A stretch of DNA of 64,000 nucleotides from Candidatus Poribacteria bacterium (GCA_965208325.1 OZ242326.1:3936001-4000000), one strand, 5' to 3'; counted from the first letter of the stretch, positions 30,886-42,133 are shown. The notes: generated from the letters alone by a model not told the origin. Translations and numbers: made by a program.

Positions 30886-31818
30886 ATGTTAAATCCGAAC
30901 GATCCATCAAAAGCAAGCAACAGCGAAACCCCCGCAACAACGTCGTTACAACCGATGGGGTTCACGGATATTTTGGACTCAATCTTCAGTCTCTATCGCA
31001 ACAATTTTCAACTGTTTTTGCGCATCTGTGCTGTTTATTTCGTGTTCAACTGCGTGCTTAGCCTAATGGCAGGTATTGTTCCATTACTTTTGCTCAGTTC
31101 AAGCGAACCGAGCATGATGGAAGCGATATTGGGATTGGTATTCGCAATATTGGTGTTAGTAGTATTGGTATTAGGAATTTTGGCTTCTTTTGTAGTTACA
31201 CTATTTGCTGTTGGCGGACTTACCTTCGCCAGCGCTCAAACCTATTTGGGCAGACATATCAGCGCGCGCACGGCATTCAGGCAAGTCAAACGCCGTTTTT
31301 GGCCGTTCTTAGGCGGCAATTTACTCTGGCTGTTGGTTGTCGGTGCATTAGCGGTAACTATCATTGGAATCCCGTTCGCGATCTATTTTGGCACACGCTG
31401 GGTTTTCTGGAGCCTAGCTATTCTGGTTGAAGAACACTCGGTTACCAATGCGCTGAGACGCAGTGGTGAATTGGTCAAAGGCACGTGGTGGCGCGTGTTT
31501 GGAATTATGTTAGGGATTCTTCTGCTCGCTTTCATGATTCAATCCATACTTCAGTTCTCACTGTTGTTTGTGTTCGGTGTATCACAGTCCACGAGCGGTG
31601 AAGGTGATTTGTTGACGACATTAAAGCAGATGTTCCTTCCGGAACTCACCGCGTGGGCAGGCTTGGTAAGGTTCGCGGTTCAAAATGTCATTAACAATCT
31701 CGTCGCTAGCCTGATGCTTCCAGTTTATCTTATCGGTGCCGTGCTGCTCTACTATGACTCCCGCATTCGCAAAGAAGGGTTCGACATTGAGATGCGTGTG
31801 AGCAACGACGTGGTGTGA
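30886..31818 (+). CDS. membrane protein (GDPD membrane-domain-like), paralog 2
   Basis: LQPMGFTDILD, RSGELVKGTWWRVFG, YYDSRIRKEGFDIE. Confidence 0.85.
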   Translation: MLNPNDPSKASNSETPATTSLQPMGFTDILDSIFSLYRNNFQLFLRICAVYFVFNCVLSLMAGIVPLLLLSSSEPSMMEAILGLVFAILVLVVLVLGILASFVVTLFAVGGLTFASAQTYLGRHISARTAFRQVKRRFWPFLGGNLLWLLVVGALAVTIIGIPFAIYFGTRWVFWSLAILVEEHSVTNALRRSGELVKGTWWRVFGIMLGILLLAFMIQSILQFSLLFVFGVSQSTSGEGDLLTTLKQMFLPELTAWAGLVRFAVQNVINNLVASLMLPVYLIGAVLLYYDSRIRKEGFDIEMRVSNDVV

Positions 31819-31940
31819 CGGCCGGACGCTTAGAGGATGGAACATCTCGGCAACCCTGCGGCGAATCGGACGTGCTTCAGCATTTTTCGGATTTGGGCGA
31901 TTTTACTCAATCATGTCAACTTGAGACAGGCGAGATTCGC

Positions 31941-32573
31941 ATGAGGGAAATAGCGTTCATCTGTACGATACTCCTATCGGCGAGTTCCACAATGTTGTCC
32001 GCAGCAGCAGCCGAGGAAGAACCTTTCAGAAAACACGTGAACGCGAACCGAGGCGAGTTCGATATTTCGTTCGAGGAATACCAAGAAATATTATCCAAAC
32101 TCCTCTCGCCAGCCGTACCTTGGGACATCAACTTCAAGTATGCGCTGTTCGGGCTTGGCGTCCTGGTACTAAGTATTGCGGCCGTCTTTTTTGTTCGGCA
32201 GATTCGCAGGAATCTGATTATTGAAGTGCGAGATGCGGCGGATGAATCCTCAATGGACGGGAGGCTCACGGAGCGCGCAGCGATTATCAAATCTAATGCA
32301 GCAGCGGCGTCACATAACTTTAGGGATGCGCTCCGATTTCTCTATATATCGGCGATTTTGCACCTCCACGAAAAGGGCATACTGGTTTACGATAAAAGCC
32401 TGACCAATCTCGAAAATCTCCAATCATTGCAGATGCATGCTGAGTTGCAAGACGCACTGCGACCGGCGGTACAGGTTTTTGATGATGTCTGGTATGGCTG
32501 CAAACCGTGCGACGCGGATACCATCGGAAATTACCGAGTGCTGTTACAAAAGGTGTATTTATTGAGCGGATGA
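31941..32573 (+). CDS. DUF4129 domain protein
   Basis: FRDALRFLY..L, TNLE, FDDVWYG; lies in MoxR cluster. Confidence 0.8.
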   Translation: MREIAFICTILLSASSTMLSAAAAEEEPFRKHVNANRGEFDISFEEYQEILSKLLSPAVPWDINFKYALFGLGVLVLSIAAVFFVRQIRRNLIIEVRDAADESSMDGRLTERAAIIKSNAAAASHNFRDALRFLYISAILHLHEKGILVYDKSLTNLENLQSLQMHAELQDALRPAVQVFDDVWYGCKPCDADTIGNYRVLLQKVYLLSG

Positions 32574-33736
32574 ATCAACCGTGCTCCTTTGACAAAGAGC
32601 GTCCACGGATGACAGTCATCAGAATTTGCCACTTCAGTATTTCGCTGATTATACTCTCATTTTTTGGAGTTTCGTGCGATCAACTTTATCAAGGCAGTAC
32701 ACTCTACGAAGTCTTGCGGGCGTTAGGATTCCGTGTGACGGAAATTAGCATAGATGAACCCGCCCGGCTGAATCGATTAGATGTACTATTTCTACAGCAA
32801 CTAAATAAAGCCTTAGAGGAAGGGGAAATAGAGGAGATACACAAGTTCGTTGCAGAAGGCGGCACTCTGATTGCCGCGGGGGACACGTCAACCCTCGATT
32901 CCTTGTTATTCGATTATGGATTAGAGATGCACGAGACATTGAAAACGCTGGAGACCTCGCAGCGAATCCCGGTTGCCCCGGTCTTTTCAGATCGTCCTGT
33001 CGATGAAATTTTCTCGAAAACCGAATATGCTTTCAGGTCAATCGAACGGGACATTACGCCGCTCTTCGGACGGGGAACGGATTATTCGGTAGTGACGTTT
33101 CGTGAAGGGGACGGACGTGCCTATTTCATATCATGCCCCTTTATTTTCGACGATTTCGGTTTAGGAGATGATCGGAATGCGACGTTCCTCTACAACCTCA
33201 TGACGACGTTGCCCCGCCGTGCGCGAATCGGGCTAGCTGAATCGCGCTACTACGCTTTTGGCTCAACAGACGCCGCTGATCCGCTAATCCACCTACTGTT
33301 CAAAACGCCGGTCGGTCTGGGCATTGTTTATGTTGGGCTAATTATCTTCCTGTTTTTGGTTCTCCGTGGGAAGAGATTCGGGAAGCCTCTAGCGGTTGAG
33401 GAGGCACACAGGCGTTTCGGTTCAGAATATGTCCTCGCTATTACCGCCCTTTATCAGAAAGGCAACACCCAATTGGCTGTTTTGAAGCAAATTCGCGACG
33501 CTTTTCGAACAGACCTCGCTGCACGGTGGGATATTAACCCGAAACTAGAGACCGCTAGCTTCGTGGAGGAGATTGCCAAACGGAAGCCGATAGATGCTGA
33601 CGAGCTTCGAGAGCTTCTGAAAAGACTTGAGCCGCATGAAGAAATATCCGAGGCGCATCTTCTCTCACTCGCCAAACAGGTTGAAGCCTTTTATGATAAG
33701 GAGAAAATCGGGCGTACACTTCTAATGCAGCGTTGA
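32570..33736 (+). CDS. DUF4350 domain protein
   Basis: FVAEGGTLI, TM helix then KRFGKP, EYV.A...LY; ATGA overlap with DUF4129. Confidence 0.78.
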   Translation: MNQPCSFDKERPRMTVIRICHFSISLIILSFFGVSCDQLYQGSTLYEVLRALGFRVTEISIDEPARLNRLDVLFLQQLNKALEEGEIEEIHKFVAEGGTLIAAGDTSTLDSLLFDYGLEMHETLKTLETSQRIPVAPVFSDRPVDEIFSKTEYAFRSIERDITPLFGRGTDYSVVTFREGDGRAYFISCPFIFDDFGLGDDRNATFLYNLMTTLPRRARIGLAESRYYAFGSTDAADPLIHLLFKTPVGLGIVYVGLIIFLFLVLRGKRFGKPLAVEEAHRRFGSEYVLAITALYQKGNTQLAVLKQIRDAFRTDLAARWDINPKLETASFVEEIAKRKPIDADELRELLKRLEPHEEISEAHLLSLAKQVEAFYDKEKIGRTLLMQR

Positions 33737-33886
33737 ATGAATTTAGTCTATATCACGAGCAGTTAAGGCTGCTTAGAGGGGGTCGGGTAATCTCTCGATT
33801 TAGCATAATTACTTGCGTTCTGCTTTTAACCATGGAATTAAAGGTTTTCAGAACGGGCGCAAATATGAACGAAAGGATTACAACTC

Positions 33887-34717
33887 GTGGCAACTAAGAT
33901 AAAATCTTTATTTCGATTGCCAGCCCCGACCAAAGCGGACATTGATTCCTTTCATTATGACGGTTACATTGTGTACCCGGACATCCTTTCTGACGATGCG
34001 AGAAAAAACCTAATTTCGGAAATAACGGGATACGAGCCTGTGCAGCATTACCTCAATGCGATGGCGCCAAATTTCGTAGAACCGAACTCGTATTTCATTC
34101 GCCCGTGGAACGAACGCAAAATTTGTAGCGACCGGTTGATTGACGACCCCTTTATAACCTCGTTGTTACGATCCACTATCGGGGAAGATTATCATTTTTG
34201 TCATTCTGCCCTGAATATCGCACCGCGCGGCACCGGCGCGATACCGTATCATCAAGATCATCACCATTGGAGGCATGAAAATCCAATTAACCTGGCTGAA
34301 CGCGACAGATATTATGTGCAGATTTTGTATTATCCGAACGGGTTCACGCTCGGCGACCGCAATCTGAAGGTTATCCCTGGTAGTCACCGTGTTGCGCCGA
34401 CCGAAACCGCGACACCGGAACGGATGTTAGCGGGCGAATTCGACGTTGAGGCTGGACGCCAGCTAGGCGAGAAACGGCTATCGCTACCGCCCGGTAGCAT
34501 GGTCTATATTAACGCCCGAATTTTTCATGCAGTTGAGGCGAAGCCTTTAGATTCGCCTCAACCTTACCGAATCTTCAATATTGATATCTTCAAGGAAGCT
34601 GGGCCGCCGCACCGTTACACCCAAGAGATTCCACCAGAATGGATGGTGCGCGCCAACGCGACTCGTAGGAAGCTGTTTACCCGCGAGGCGTACACGGAGG
34701 GTTGCTGGGCTTCATGA
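33887..34717 (+). CDS. phytanoyl-CoA dioxygenase (PhyH) family protein
   Basis: DGY, HQD, VIPGSH, distal IFHA. Confidence 0.88.
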   Translation: MATKIKSLFRLPAPTKADIDSFHYDGYIVYPDILSDDARKNLISEITGYEPVQHYLNAMAPNFVEPNSYFIRPWNERKICSDRLIDDPFITSLLRSTIGEDYHFCHSALNIAPRGTGAIPYHQDHHHWRHENPINLAERDRYYVQILYYPNGFTLGDRNLKVIPGSHRVAPTETATPERMLAGEFDVEAGRQLGEKRLSLPPGSMVYINARIFHAVEAKPLDSPQPYRIFNIDIFKEAGPPHRYTQEIPPEWMVRANATRRKLFTREAYTEGCWAS

Positions 34718-34818
34718 TGCGTTAATGGGTAGGCTCTGGGAATCAATCTACCTGATAGCTTTACTGCCTGCTCCGGTAGGATAGATTACGATTGTTAGCA
34801 CAGAATGTTAAGAAGAGT

Positions 34819-35589
34819 ATGGCAACGACGAGTCCCAAGGCGTTTTTGATCGATTTGGATGGTACGCTGTATTTCAAGAATGAACCCTACCCTAAGGCAG
34901 TTCAAACCGTAAGGTATTTGCGACAGGAAGGGTATCAGATTCGATTTCTTACGAACATCACCGCCAAAACCCCGAAAATGCTGTATAGACAGATGTGCGA
35001 TATGGGGTTTGACGTACGTGAGCGTGAAATTTTTAATGCGAGCTACGCTTGCCTCCTTTATCTGCGGTCACAACCCCGCGCACGCTGCTACTTTATGGTG
35101 GATGATGCCGTTAAAGCGTATTTCCAAGAGATACCGACAGACTGTAATTCTCCCGATTTTGTCGTCGTTGGCGACTATGGACACAGGTTTGATTATAACT
35201 CTTTGAATCGTGCGTTTCGGTTGTTGATGCGTGGCGCCGAACTCATTGCGCTTCAAAAATCACCGTATTGGATTTCGCCGGAAGGGATGTTCTTGGATTG
35301 CGGCGCATTTTCGGCACTTCTCGAATATGCTTCAAATAAGACAGCGGCACTGATGGGCAAGCCGAGTGAGTTATTTTTCAAAATCGCACTTGATGACCTA
35401 CAACTTTCCCCAAGCGAAGTCGTTGTTGTAGGCGATGATATCGCCACCGACATCTTGGGAGCTGAAAGAATGGGACTGAGAAGTGTTTTAGTTAGGACTG
35501 GGAAGTTCCAACTCAATCAGGTGGCGCGCTCAACCGTAAAACCGACGTGGGAAGTTGATAGTATATCAAGTCTACTCCAGATGTTTTGA
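34819..35589 (+). CDS. HAD-IIA hydrolase (LHPP/HDHD2-like)
   Basis: DLDGTLY, TN, GKPS, GDDI.TDI.GA, VRTGK. Confidence 0.9.
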   Translation: MATTSPKAFLIDLDGTLYFKNEPYPKAVQTVRYLRQEGYQIRFLTNITAKTPKMLYRQMCDMGFDVREREIFNASYACLLYLRSQPRARCYFMVDDAVKAYFQEIPTDCNSPDFVVVGDYGHRFDYNSLNRAFRLLMRGAELIALQKSPYWISPEGMFLDCGAFSALLEYASNKTAALMGKPSELFFKIALDDLQLSPSEVVVVGDDIATDILGAERMGLRSVLVRTGKFQLNQVARSTVKPTWEVDSISSLLQMF

Positions 35590-35782
35590 AGGGGTTATGC
35601 GTATCCACCACAGTGGACGGGGAACAGGGAATCAATGCTTTTTTCCGCAGATCCGCAGATTGGAATCGCCGATAGCAACAGTTTGGATTGTTGATTACCC
35701 GGTTCGGGAAATTGGTCTAACGGCAGGGTGTGGATGAAATGCGGTTGCCGCTGATTTAATCCGGTTTCTGAATAGGAGAGTT

Positions 35783-36736
35783 ATGTCCAATTTAATTCAG
35801 AGCGTCTTTGAAAAGTTGAAACAGGAAGCCCAAAAAGTGATTGTTGGGCAAGACGAATTGTTTGAACTGGTGGTGGTGGGATTCCTATCCGGGGGGCACG
35901 TTTTGCTCGAAGGCGTTCCCGGCACTGCAAAAACGCTCGTAGCGAAAACATTGGCGATGGTGGTGTCCGGCGATTTCAGCCGCGTCCAATTCACGCCCGA
36001 CCTAATGCCGTCCGACATTGTGGGAACTAGCGTGTACGATTTAGCAACACATCAATTCAGCCTCAAGCGGGGGCCGGTTTTCACTAACGTTTTGCTCGCC
36101 GATGAAATCAACCGCGCCCCGGCGAAGACGCAATCGGCGCTCCTAGAATGTATGGAGGAGCGGCAGGTTAGCATTGACGGCGTCCGCCACGAACTGGCTG
36201 CCCCTTTTATGGTATTGGCGACACAGAACCCTGTAGAATACGAAGGAACCTATCCGCTCCCCGAAGCCCAACTAGACCGGTTTTTATTCAAACTACGAGT
36301 CGATTATCCGGGACGGGAGGTGGAGCAACAGGTTTTGATTAACTATCACAACGGCTTTAATGTTTCGCAACTCGCTGAAGCAGGCGTTGAAGGGGTCATC
36401 GACAAAGATTTACTCGGACAATGCCAAGCAGCCATTCAGGCGGTAACGGTTGAAGAATCTATTTTCGATTATATTGTCGGTATAGCCGAAGCGTCACGCA
36501 GTTCTAATGACCTCATTTTGGGCGGGAGTCCACGGGCATCCATTTCGCTGTTGTTGGGAAGCAAAACTTACGCGGCGATGCAGGGGCGAGATTACATCTT
36601 ACCGGATGATGTCAAGCGGTTAGCCGCGCACGTCTATCGCCATCGGATTATTTTGAAACCGGAAGCGGAAATTGAAGGGCTAACCGCAGACGATGTGATT
36701 GGTAGATTACTCGCCGAGTTGGATATTCCACGTTAG
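35783..36736 (+). CDS. moxR: MoxR family AAA+ ATPase
   Basis: [55 protein letters not shown]. Confidence 0.96.
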   Translation: MSNLIQSVFEKLKQEAQKVIVGQDELFELVVVGFLSGGHVLLEGVPGTAKTLVAKTLAMVVSGDFSRVQFTPDLMPSDIVGTSVYDLATHQFSLKRGPVFTNVLLADEINRAPAKTQSALLECMEERQVSIDGVRHELAAPFMVLATQNPVEYEGTYPLPEAQLDRFLFKLRVDYPGREVEQQVLINYHNGFNVSQLAEAGVEGVIDKDLLGQCQAAIQAVTVEESIFDYIVGIAEASRSSNDLILGGSPRASISLLLGSKTYAAMQGRDYILPDDVKRLAAHVYRHRIILKPEAEIEGLTADDVIGRLLAELDIPR

Positions 36737-36785
36737 TCGGTGTGCCTAGTTTAATCCGTGGTTGAGGCAAGCGGGAGGACACGCG

Positions 36786-38156
36786 ATGCGATTGAGCAAT
36801 AAACTACTCGGCTTATTACTCGCGTCAGCGATTCCAATTGTCCTTTACAATGTCTCCCCAAGCCTGTTGTTCGTTGATGCCGTTTATCTGCTGTTGCTGT
36901 TGGTTGTCTGCGTCATAGATTACGTAAAAACACCGCTATTTGCAAGGGTTGATGTGAGCCGCGAGATGAACTCCAAGTTTTCGTTGGGTGCGGAAAACGC
37001 GGTGACGCTGCGGGTTGTGAATCGTTCTCGATTCAGGTTGAGGTTGCGGCTGAAGGATGATTTCCCCCCAACGTTTCGGTTTAATCGCGTTATTCACGAG
37101 GTTTACATCGGTGCAGCAACCCAAGAACTCCTAACTTACCAACTCACGCCGCTGCGCCGAGGGGTTTACCATTTTGCGGACATCCACGTACAGAGTTGGG
37201 GGATTCTTGGGCTGATTATCCGGCAACGCCGGGTCGAGGCGGCCGCGGAAGTGAAGGTGTATCCCAATCTCCACGCCATTCGACAGTACGAGTTATTGGC
37301 TAGGCGCGGGATGCTCAGCCAACTTGGACTAAAAAATTCTCGGCAGTTCGGCGAGGGAACAGAATTTGAGCGTCTTCGCGATTATGCTCCTGATGATGAT
37401 ACCCGCCGCGTTGACTGGAAGGCGACTTCGAGACGCCAAAAACCGATTGTGCGGGAGTTTGAAACGGAACGGAGCCAGGACTTGATGATTATGTTGGACG
37501 CTGGCAGATTGATGGCCTCCCCCATTTTGACCGAACCAAACGAAGATGGGACAGAGGACGCGTTCAACACCGAGTCAATTCAGCAGTTGACGATGATTAA
37601 ACTCGATTATGCTATAAACACCACCCTTATGACAACGTACGTCGCATCACTCAAAGGGGACAAAGTTGGTTTAATCGCGTTTTCAGACTCCGTGCACCGA
37701 TACCTAGACCCGAAACCAGGAAAAAAACAGTTCCTCGCAATGCTAGAGGCTACTTACGCCTTGCAGGTACATGCGGTCGAACCGGACTTCGAGACTGCAT
37801 TCAAATTCTTGGCATCAAAACAGCGTAAACGGGCATTAGTTATCATTTTTACGGATATCTTAGATAAGGACGCAGCGGAAGGGTTTGTCCGTTATACAGC
37901 GAAACTAGCCAGACATCACCTTATCGCATGTGTAACCTTGACCGACTCCAGCATTGTTGCGCTCGCCGCACAGAAATTGACAAACTCCAAAATTGTCTAT
38001 CAAAGGGCGATTGCGGCAAAGTTATTGCAGGAGAAACAAGCGACCTTGCAAATCCTTCGCAGGGGTGGTATTATCGCGGTTGATGTTCCCGCACATCAGT
38101 TGACGATGACGGTCGTAAATAAATACTTGGAACTCAAGGCGAAGTCTAAAATTTAG
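36786..38156 (+). CDS. DUF58 (VWA-like) domain protein
   Basis: EFERLRDY.P.DD.RRVDWKATSR, MLDAGRLM, IFTD. Confidence 0.93.
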   Translation: MRLSNKLLGLLLASAIPIVLYNVSPSLLFVDAVYLLLLLVVCVIDYVKTPLFARVDVSREMNSKFSLGAENAVTLRVVNRSRFRLRLRLKDDFPPTFRFNRVIHEVYIGAATQELLTYQLTPLRRGVYHFADIHVQSWGILGLIIRQRRVEAAAEVKVYPNLHAIRQYELLARRGMLSQLGLKNSRQFGEGTEFERLRDYAPDDDTRRVDWKATSRRQKPIVREFETERSQDLMIMLDAGRLMASPILTEPNEDGTEDAFNTESIQQLTMIKLDYAINTTLMTTYVASLKGDKVGLIAFSDSVHRYLDPKPGKKQFLAMLEATYALQVHAVEPDFETAFKFLASKQRKRALVIIFTDILDKDAAEGFVRYTAKLARHHLIACVTLTDSSIVALAAQKLTNSKIVYQRAIAAKLLQEKQATLQILRRGGIIAVDVPAHQLTMTVVNKYLELKAKSKI

Positions 38157-38292
38157 TTCGCTGCGGCGGGCGTATCTGCCATAAGAAATTAAGCGAATGA
38201 TTGTGGGGCACGTTGGTATTTGGCGGATATTGAAATGTAAACTTCCTACGCTGGCATTGATTTATCAGCTATTCGCAATCAAGGAGATGTAA

Positions 38293-39222
38293 GTGTTTCG
38301 AGAGAGTATCGGTCAATTCATCCCCGAACAGTGGGCGGCGCTGTATGTACCAAAAAACAAGGGGCTAAATGAATATGTGAACAGGCTCCTCAGAGAAATA
38401 GGTGTCCGTGATGCAGGTGAGTTTGATCGGACAGATATGAGCAAGGGAGTCATCAACATTGTGTCAGCTCGCGGAGAAGATGTGCCGCAACGCGTCGATG
38501 ATTGCATCCGGCGTGGAGAAACCGCCTATGGCCTCACCGGAGACGATCTGTTTGATGAATACATGTTGGGCGCAAGTAATTCCCCACTTGGAGTCCTGAA
38601 TACGTATGATTGGTTCGATTCAAGTGCTCAGTTTAATCGGCCTGCCTTGTGCTTGTTGAATCGCTCGGGATTGATTCCTGATTCTTCGCCGCCTGTGTCC
38701 ATTGCCGTAAACAGGAAATATGAACGCTCGTCACGCCTATTCCTGTCGCAGCGGCTACAATCAAGAGGAATTCAGTTCAGTGTCGCCGCATATGCTGGAG
38801 ACACTGAGAACACTGTGGTAGAAGGCACTCACGACTGGTGTGTTGAGGTCGTGTATCGCGGCGATAAATCACCCGATAGCGCGATGTCAAGAGCAGGTCT
38901 CAAAGTAGCCGAAGTTGTGCGGTTCAGCGATATCTCGTTGATTGGACGGAAAATCATCAATCCGTGGGAGGAGGAGTACCGTAGAATTGCCGCGGTTGCT
39001 GAGAACCCAACGGGTTCGTCTACATCAAAGCTTTTAAGGGACAAAAATGAGGTTTGTAAGAAATTTGGTGAGGAATCCGCCGAGTTTGTGAGAGCATTTA
39101 CGCAGGAGGCGGGAATGCCCGAAGAGTTTAACGATGTTGTGTATGCGTTGATGGTTGCGGCAGCAAAACTACAAATTCCCTGGGCAGAAATTGAGGCGGA
39201 CCTGAAATCTAGATGGAAATAA
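38293..39222 (+). CDS. hisG: short-form ATP phosphoribosyltransferase-like domain fused to phosphoribosyl-ATP pyrophosphatase (HisG-HisE)
   Basis: N-terminal VPK, RGEDVP, GLTGDDLFDE, KY, GDTE; C-terminal SSTSKLL, KKFGEESAE, EFNDVVY..MV. Confidence 0.72.
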   Translation: MFRESIGQFIPEQWAALYVPKNKGLNEYVNRLLREIGVRDAGEFDRTDMSKGVINIVSARGEDVPQRVDDCIRRGETAYGLTGDDLFDEYMLGASNSPLGVLNTYDWFDSSAQFNRPALCLLNRSGLIPDSSPPVSIAVNRKYERSSRLFLSQRLQSRGIQFSVAAYAGDTENTVVEGTHDWCVEVVYRGDKSPDSAMSRAGLKVAEVVRFSDISLIGRKIINPWEEEYRRIAAVAENPTGSSTSKLLRDKNEVCKKFGEESAEFVRAFTQEAGMPEEFNDVVYALMVAAAKLQIPWAEIEADLKSRWK

Positions 39223-39435
39223 GCTGTTTGTCTATTGATTGTAAAAGGAAAATACATTGTGCTGTCAGATTTTAGCAATATCGTGCCTTGGTCTTCAGCG
39301 GCGTCTCAACTCACATCAATGGCCTCAGCGGGCGGGGCAGGTTGACTCACCTACGATGCGTTGCATGCCATTGTCCATCATCGTGAAATACGTACAGCGA
39401 CTGCCATTAGAGGCGGTCAATCGTAAGGGAGAAAT

Positions 39436-39807
39436 ATGGAATTAGGTGCATTTTCAGTAAGTCTGAATGTCAAAGACATCCAGACTTCAAAGTCATTCTA
39501 TGAGAAATTTGGATTTAAGGTTTTTGGCGGCGATGTATCCCAGAATTGGCTGATTATGAAAAATCGTAGTTGCACTATTGGGTTGTTTCAAGGCATGTTC
39601 GATAAGAACATTCTCACTTTCAATCCAGGTTGGGATGAAAACGCCTCTAAACTAGATTCATTTATTGACGTAAGGGAACTCCAACGGCAGCTTAAGGCAA
39701 ATTGCATCAAAATAGAGACTGAAGCAAACGAAGAAACTTCAGGTCCGGCAAGTTTTGTCGTGGTTGATCCGGACGGCAACCCCATTCTTGTTGATCAACA
39801 TGTATAG
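39436..39807 (+). CDS. VOC/glyoxalase family protein
   Basis: SL.VKDI..SK.FYEKFGF, DPDGNPIL. Confidence 0.92.
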   Translation: MELGAFSVSLNVKDIQTSKSFYEKFGFKVFGGDVSQNWLIMKNRSCTIGLFQGMFDKNILTFNPGWDENASKLDSFIDVRELQRQLKANCIKIETEANEETSGPASFVVVDPDGNPILVDQHV

Positions 39808-39885
39808 GACTTTGATAGGCCTTCTGTTTAGTGTAATAAATGTGAATTGTAAACGACATAAGCCCGTGGGCAGGAGAATCCGACG

Positions 39886-40458
39886 GTGTACGAAACACAA
39901 ACCGTCATAGCAGAGCCAAATGTCACGATACGTCCATTGCAGCTTAGCGACGCCGAAGCAGTCCAGCGTTACGCTTCGGATGAGAGCGTAGCCGGTACGA
40001 CGACAATCCCCCAACCCTATCCCGAAGATGGGGGTGAGATGTTTGTCAAGCAGGCAGTGGAAGCGCACGCAAATGAGGAAGCGTTCTACTTTGGCATCCT
40101 TGCTGACGGCGAACTGATTGGAGCTATCGACCTTCGTTCAATTGAGTGCGAAAATCGTACCGTCGAATGTGGTTATGCAATTGCCGCTTCTCACTGGGGT
40201 AAGGGAATTGCCACCAGAGCCGTTGCGCTCGCACTCCGCTGCGCGTTTTGCGAACTCAGAGTGGATATTGTTTTTGCACACTGCTTGAAGCGAAACCCCG
40301 CATCGGCGCGTGTACTCGAAAAGAATGGTTTTCGGGAAACCGGGGATTTTGCGTCTAATTTACCCAAATTCAAGGATGAGCCATCTCGCGCATTTCAACT
40401 GACAAAGCAGGAGTGGTTTGCGAATCATCCTATGGAGCACAGTTGTGATAATGCCTGA
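39886..40458 (+). CDS. GNAT acetyltransferase (RimJ/RimL-like)
   Basis: ECGYAI..HWGKGIAT, NPASARVLEKNGF. Confidence 0.92.
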   Translation: MYETQTVIAEPNVTIRPLQLSDAEAVQRYASDESVAGTTTIPQPYPEDGGEMFVKQAVEAHANEEAFYFGILADGELIGAIDLRSIECENRTVECGYAIAASHWGKGIATRAVALALRCAFCELRVDIVFAHCLKRNPASARVLEKNGFRETGDFASNLPKFKDEPSRAFQLTKQEWFANHPMEHSCDNA

Positions 40459-40675
40459 GTCGGCAACGACGCATGCATGCCTCTGATAGATTGGCAATTC
40501 ATTTATATTGGCATCGCTAGATTTGGAGCAATATTCGCCATGTAATAAAAATCAATTTAGTCTCTTTAGAAGCGCAACGGTTAGACATGGAGACGAACAA
40601 AAAGGAGAAAAATGCCGAGGGAAATAGATTCGGATCAACGTTTTCAGTGAATGAACTGCGCAAAGGAGCAAAAGC

Positions 40676-41164
40676 GTGATTTTTCGAATTTCAACAAAAA
40701 TAGGCAAGAAGATACACCTGACTCCGGACGAGATATTGCCGGTTGACCGCAATCCATTTGCGGATTGGTCGGCTCATTTGTTCACTGTCGACCGGATTCA
40801 ATTCGTGCTCATCACGAATACAATCTCACTCTATTCCATGGTCATGTTCGGACGAGGACTGAAGGACGAGCAATCGTTCCGGGGGCGGGTTACAGACTAT
40901 ATGAGTGAATTCATTCGCACTGCCGGACATGAATCCTTAGTTGAGGAATTTATCCTCCCGTCGATGGATACCGTCCGTTTTTCGAAAGCGTTAAACCGAT
41001 CAGTAATCGGCTCAATGAACGACTTCATTTGGCAGGCGAAGTACCATTTAACAGAGAACGATCTATCTCTCTTTGAAGTTGGGTTGCTCTTGAACGAAAC
41101 GCCCATGTCGTATTTGGATCGTAGCAGTCCAATGGATATCTTTCCGAAGCTTGCAAATACGTAG
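40676..41164 (+). CDS. DUF6933-like protein
   Basis: DWSAHLF..R, N..LYS, NRSVIGSMND, LNETP. Confidence 0.7.
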   Translation: MIFRISTKIGKKIHLTPDEILPVDRNPFADWSAHLFTVDRIQFVLITNTISLYSMVMFGRGLKDEQSFRGRVTDYMSEFIRTAGHESLVEEFILPSMDTVRFSKALNRSVIGSMNDFIWQAKYHLTENDLSLFEVGLLLNETPMSYLDRSSPMDIFPKLANT

Positions 41165-41323
41165 GCAGTCGATAAAATCCCGCCTGCCTCCTAACCCGGG
41201 CGGGCACACCTAGTCCATAGGTTTGCGTTATGCTGTCTGCGGACGTTTAATCTTTGACATCACCTCAAAAATCGCAGAGGACTTTAAGCCAGCACTACTT
41301 CATCAAAAAAATGGTCCAAATCT

Positions 41324-42133
41324 ATGAAAGACTGTGTCAAAAGTCGGTCTGAAAGCAGCAATACCGCCCTCTACGATTATCCAGATTACTACGAGTTAGC
41401 ATTTTCATTTCGTGACATCTCGCAGGAAGTAACTTGTATAGAGCAACTGATTGAGCGGTACGCCAAGGCGTCAGTGCTGCGAGTGTTGGAGTTAGCCTGT
41501 GGTCCCAGCCCGCACCTTCAAGAACTTTGTCGAAGGGGCTACGAATATCACGGACTAGACCTTAGCGAAAACATGTTAGCCGCCGGTCGAAAAAAGGTTT
41601 CTGAGTGTGCATGGAGGGCAGTCTTTCACAGAGCCTCTATGATAGATTTCAACCTGCACACAACGTACCAGTTTGCATTCGTGGCGCTTGGTTCGCTATA
41701 CGCACGAAACACAGAAGAACTGTCTACTCATTTCCAATCAGTGGCACGCGCCCTTGAACCTGGTGGACTCTACTTGTTGGACTGGTGTGTGCAGTTTGGT
41801 CAATCGCCTGCAATTATAGAGGATAGCCAGTCGTGGCGGATGGAGAGGGATGGCATTGCAGTCAAAGTGAACGTCATATTGAGAGATGTAGATCCTGTTG
41901 AGCAGATTGTTCAGGAAGAGACGACCTTAAATGTGTCAGACCGCGGACAAACCTTAACGATATCTAATTGCGACCTCCGTAGGGTGATTTATCCGCAGGA
42001 ATTTCACCTGTTAATTGATGCTTTGGATGAGTTCGAGTTTGTGGGATGGTGGAACAATTGGGACTTGAACCAACCATTATCGCAGGTAACGGGTGAGATT
42101 AATCGGCCAATTGTGGCGGTTCGACGCGTCTAA
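41324..42133 (+). CDS. class I SAM-dependent methyltransferase
   Basis: VLELACGP, GLDLS..ML, L.PGG. Confidence 0.9.
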   Translation: MKDCVKSRSESSNTALYDYPDYYELAFSFRDISQEVTCIEQLIERYAKASVLRVLELACGPSPHLQELCRRGYEYHGLDLSENMLAAGRKKVSECAWRAVFHRASMIDFNLHTTYQFAFVALGSLYARNTEELSTHFQSVARALEPGGLYLLDWCVQFGQSPAIIEDSQSWRMERDGIAVKVNVILRDVDPVEQIVQEETTLNVSDRGQTLTISNCDLRRVIYPQEFHLLIDALDEFEFVGWWNNWDLNQPLSQVTGEINRPIVAVRRV

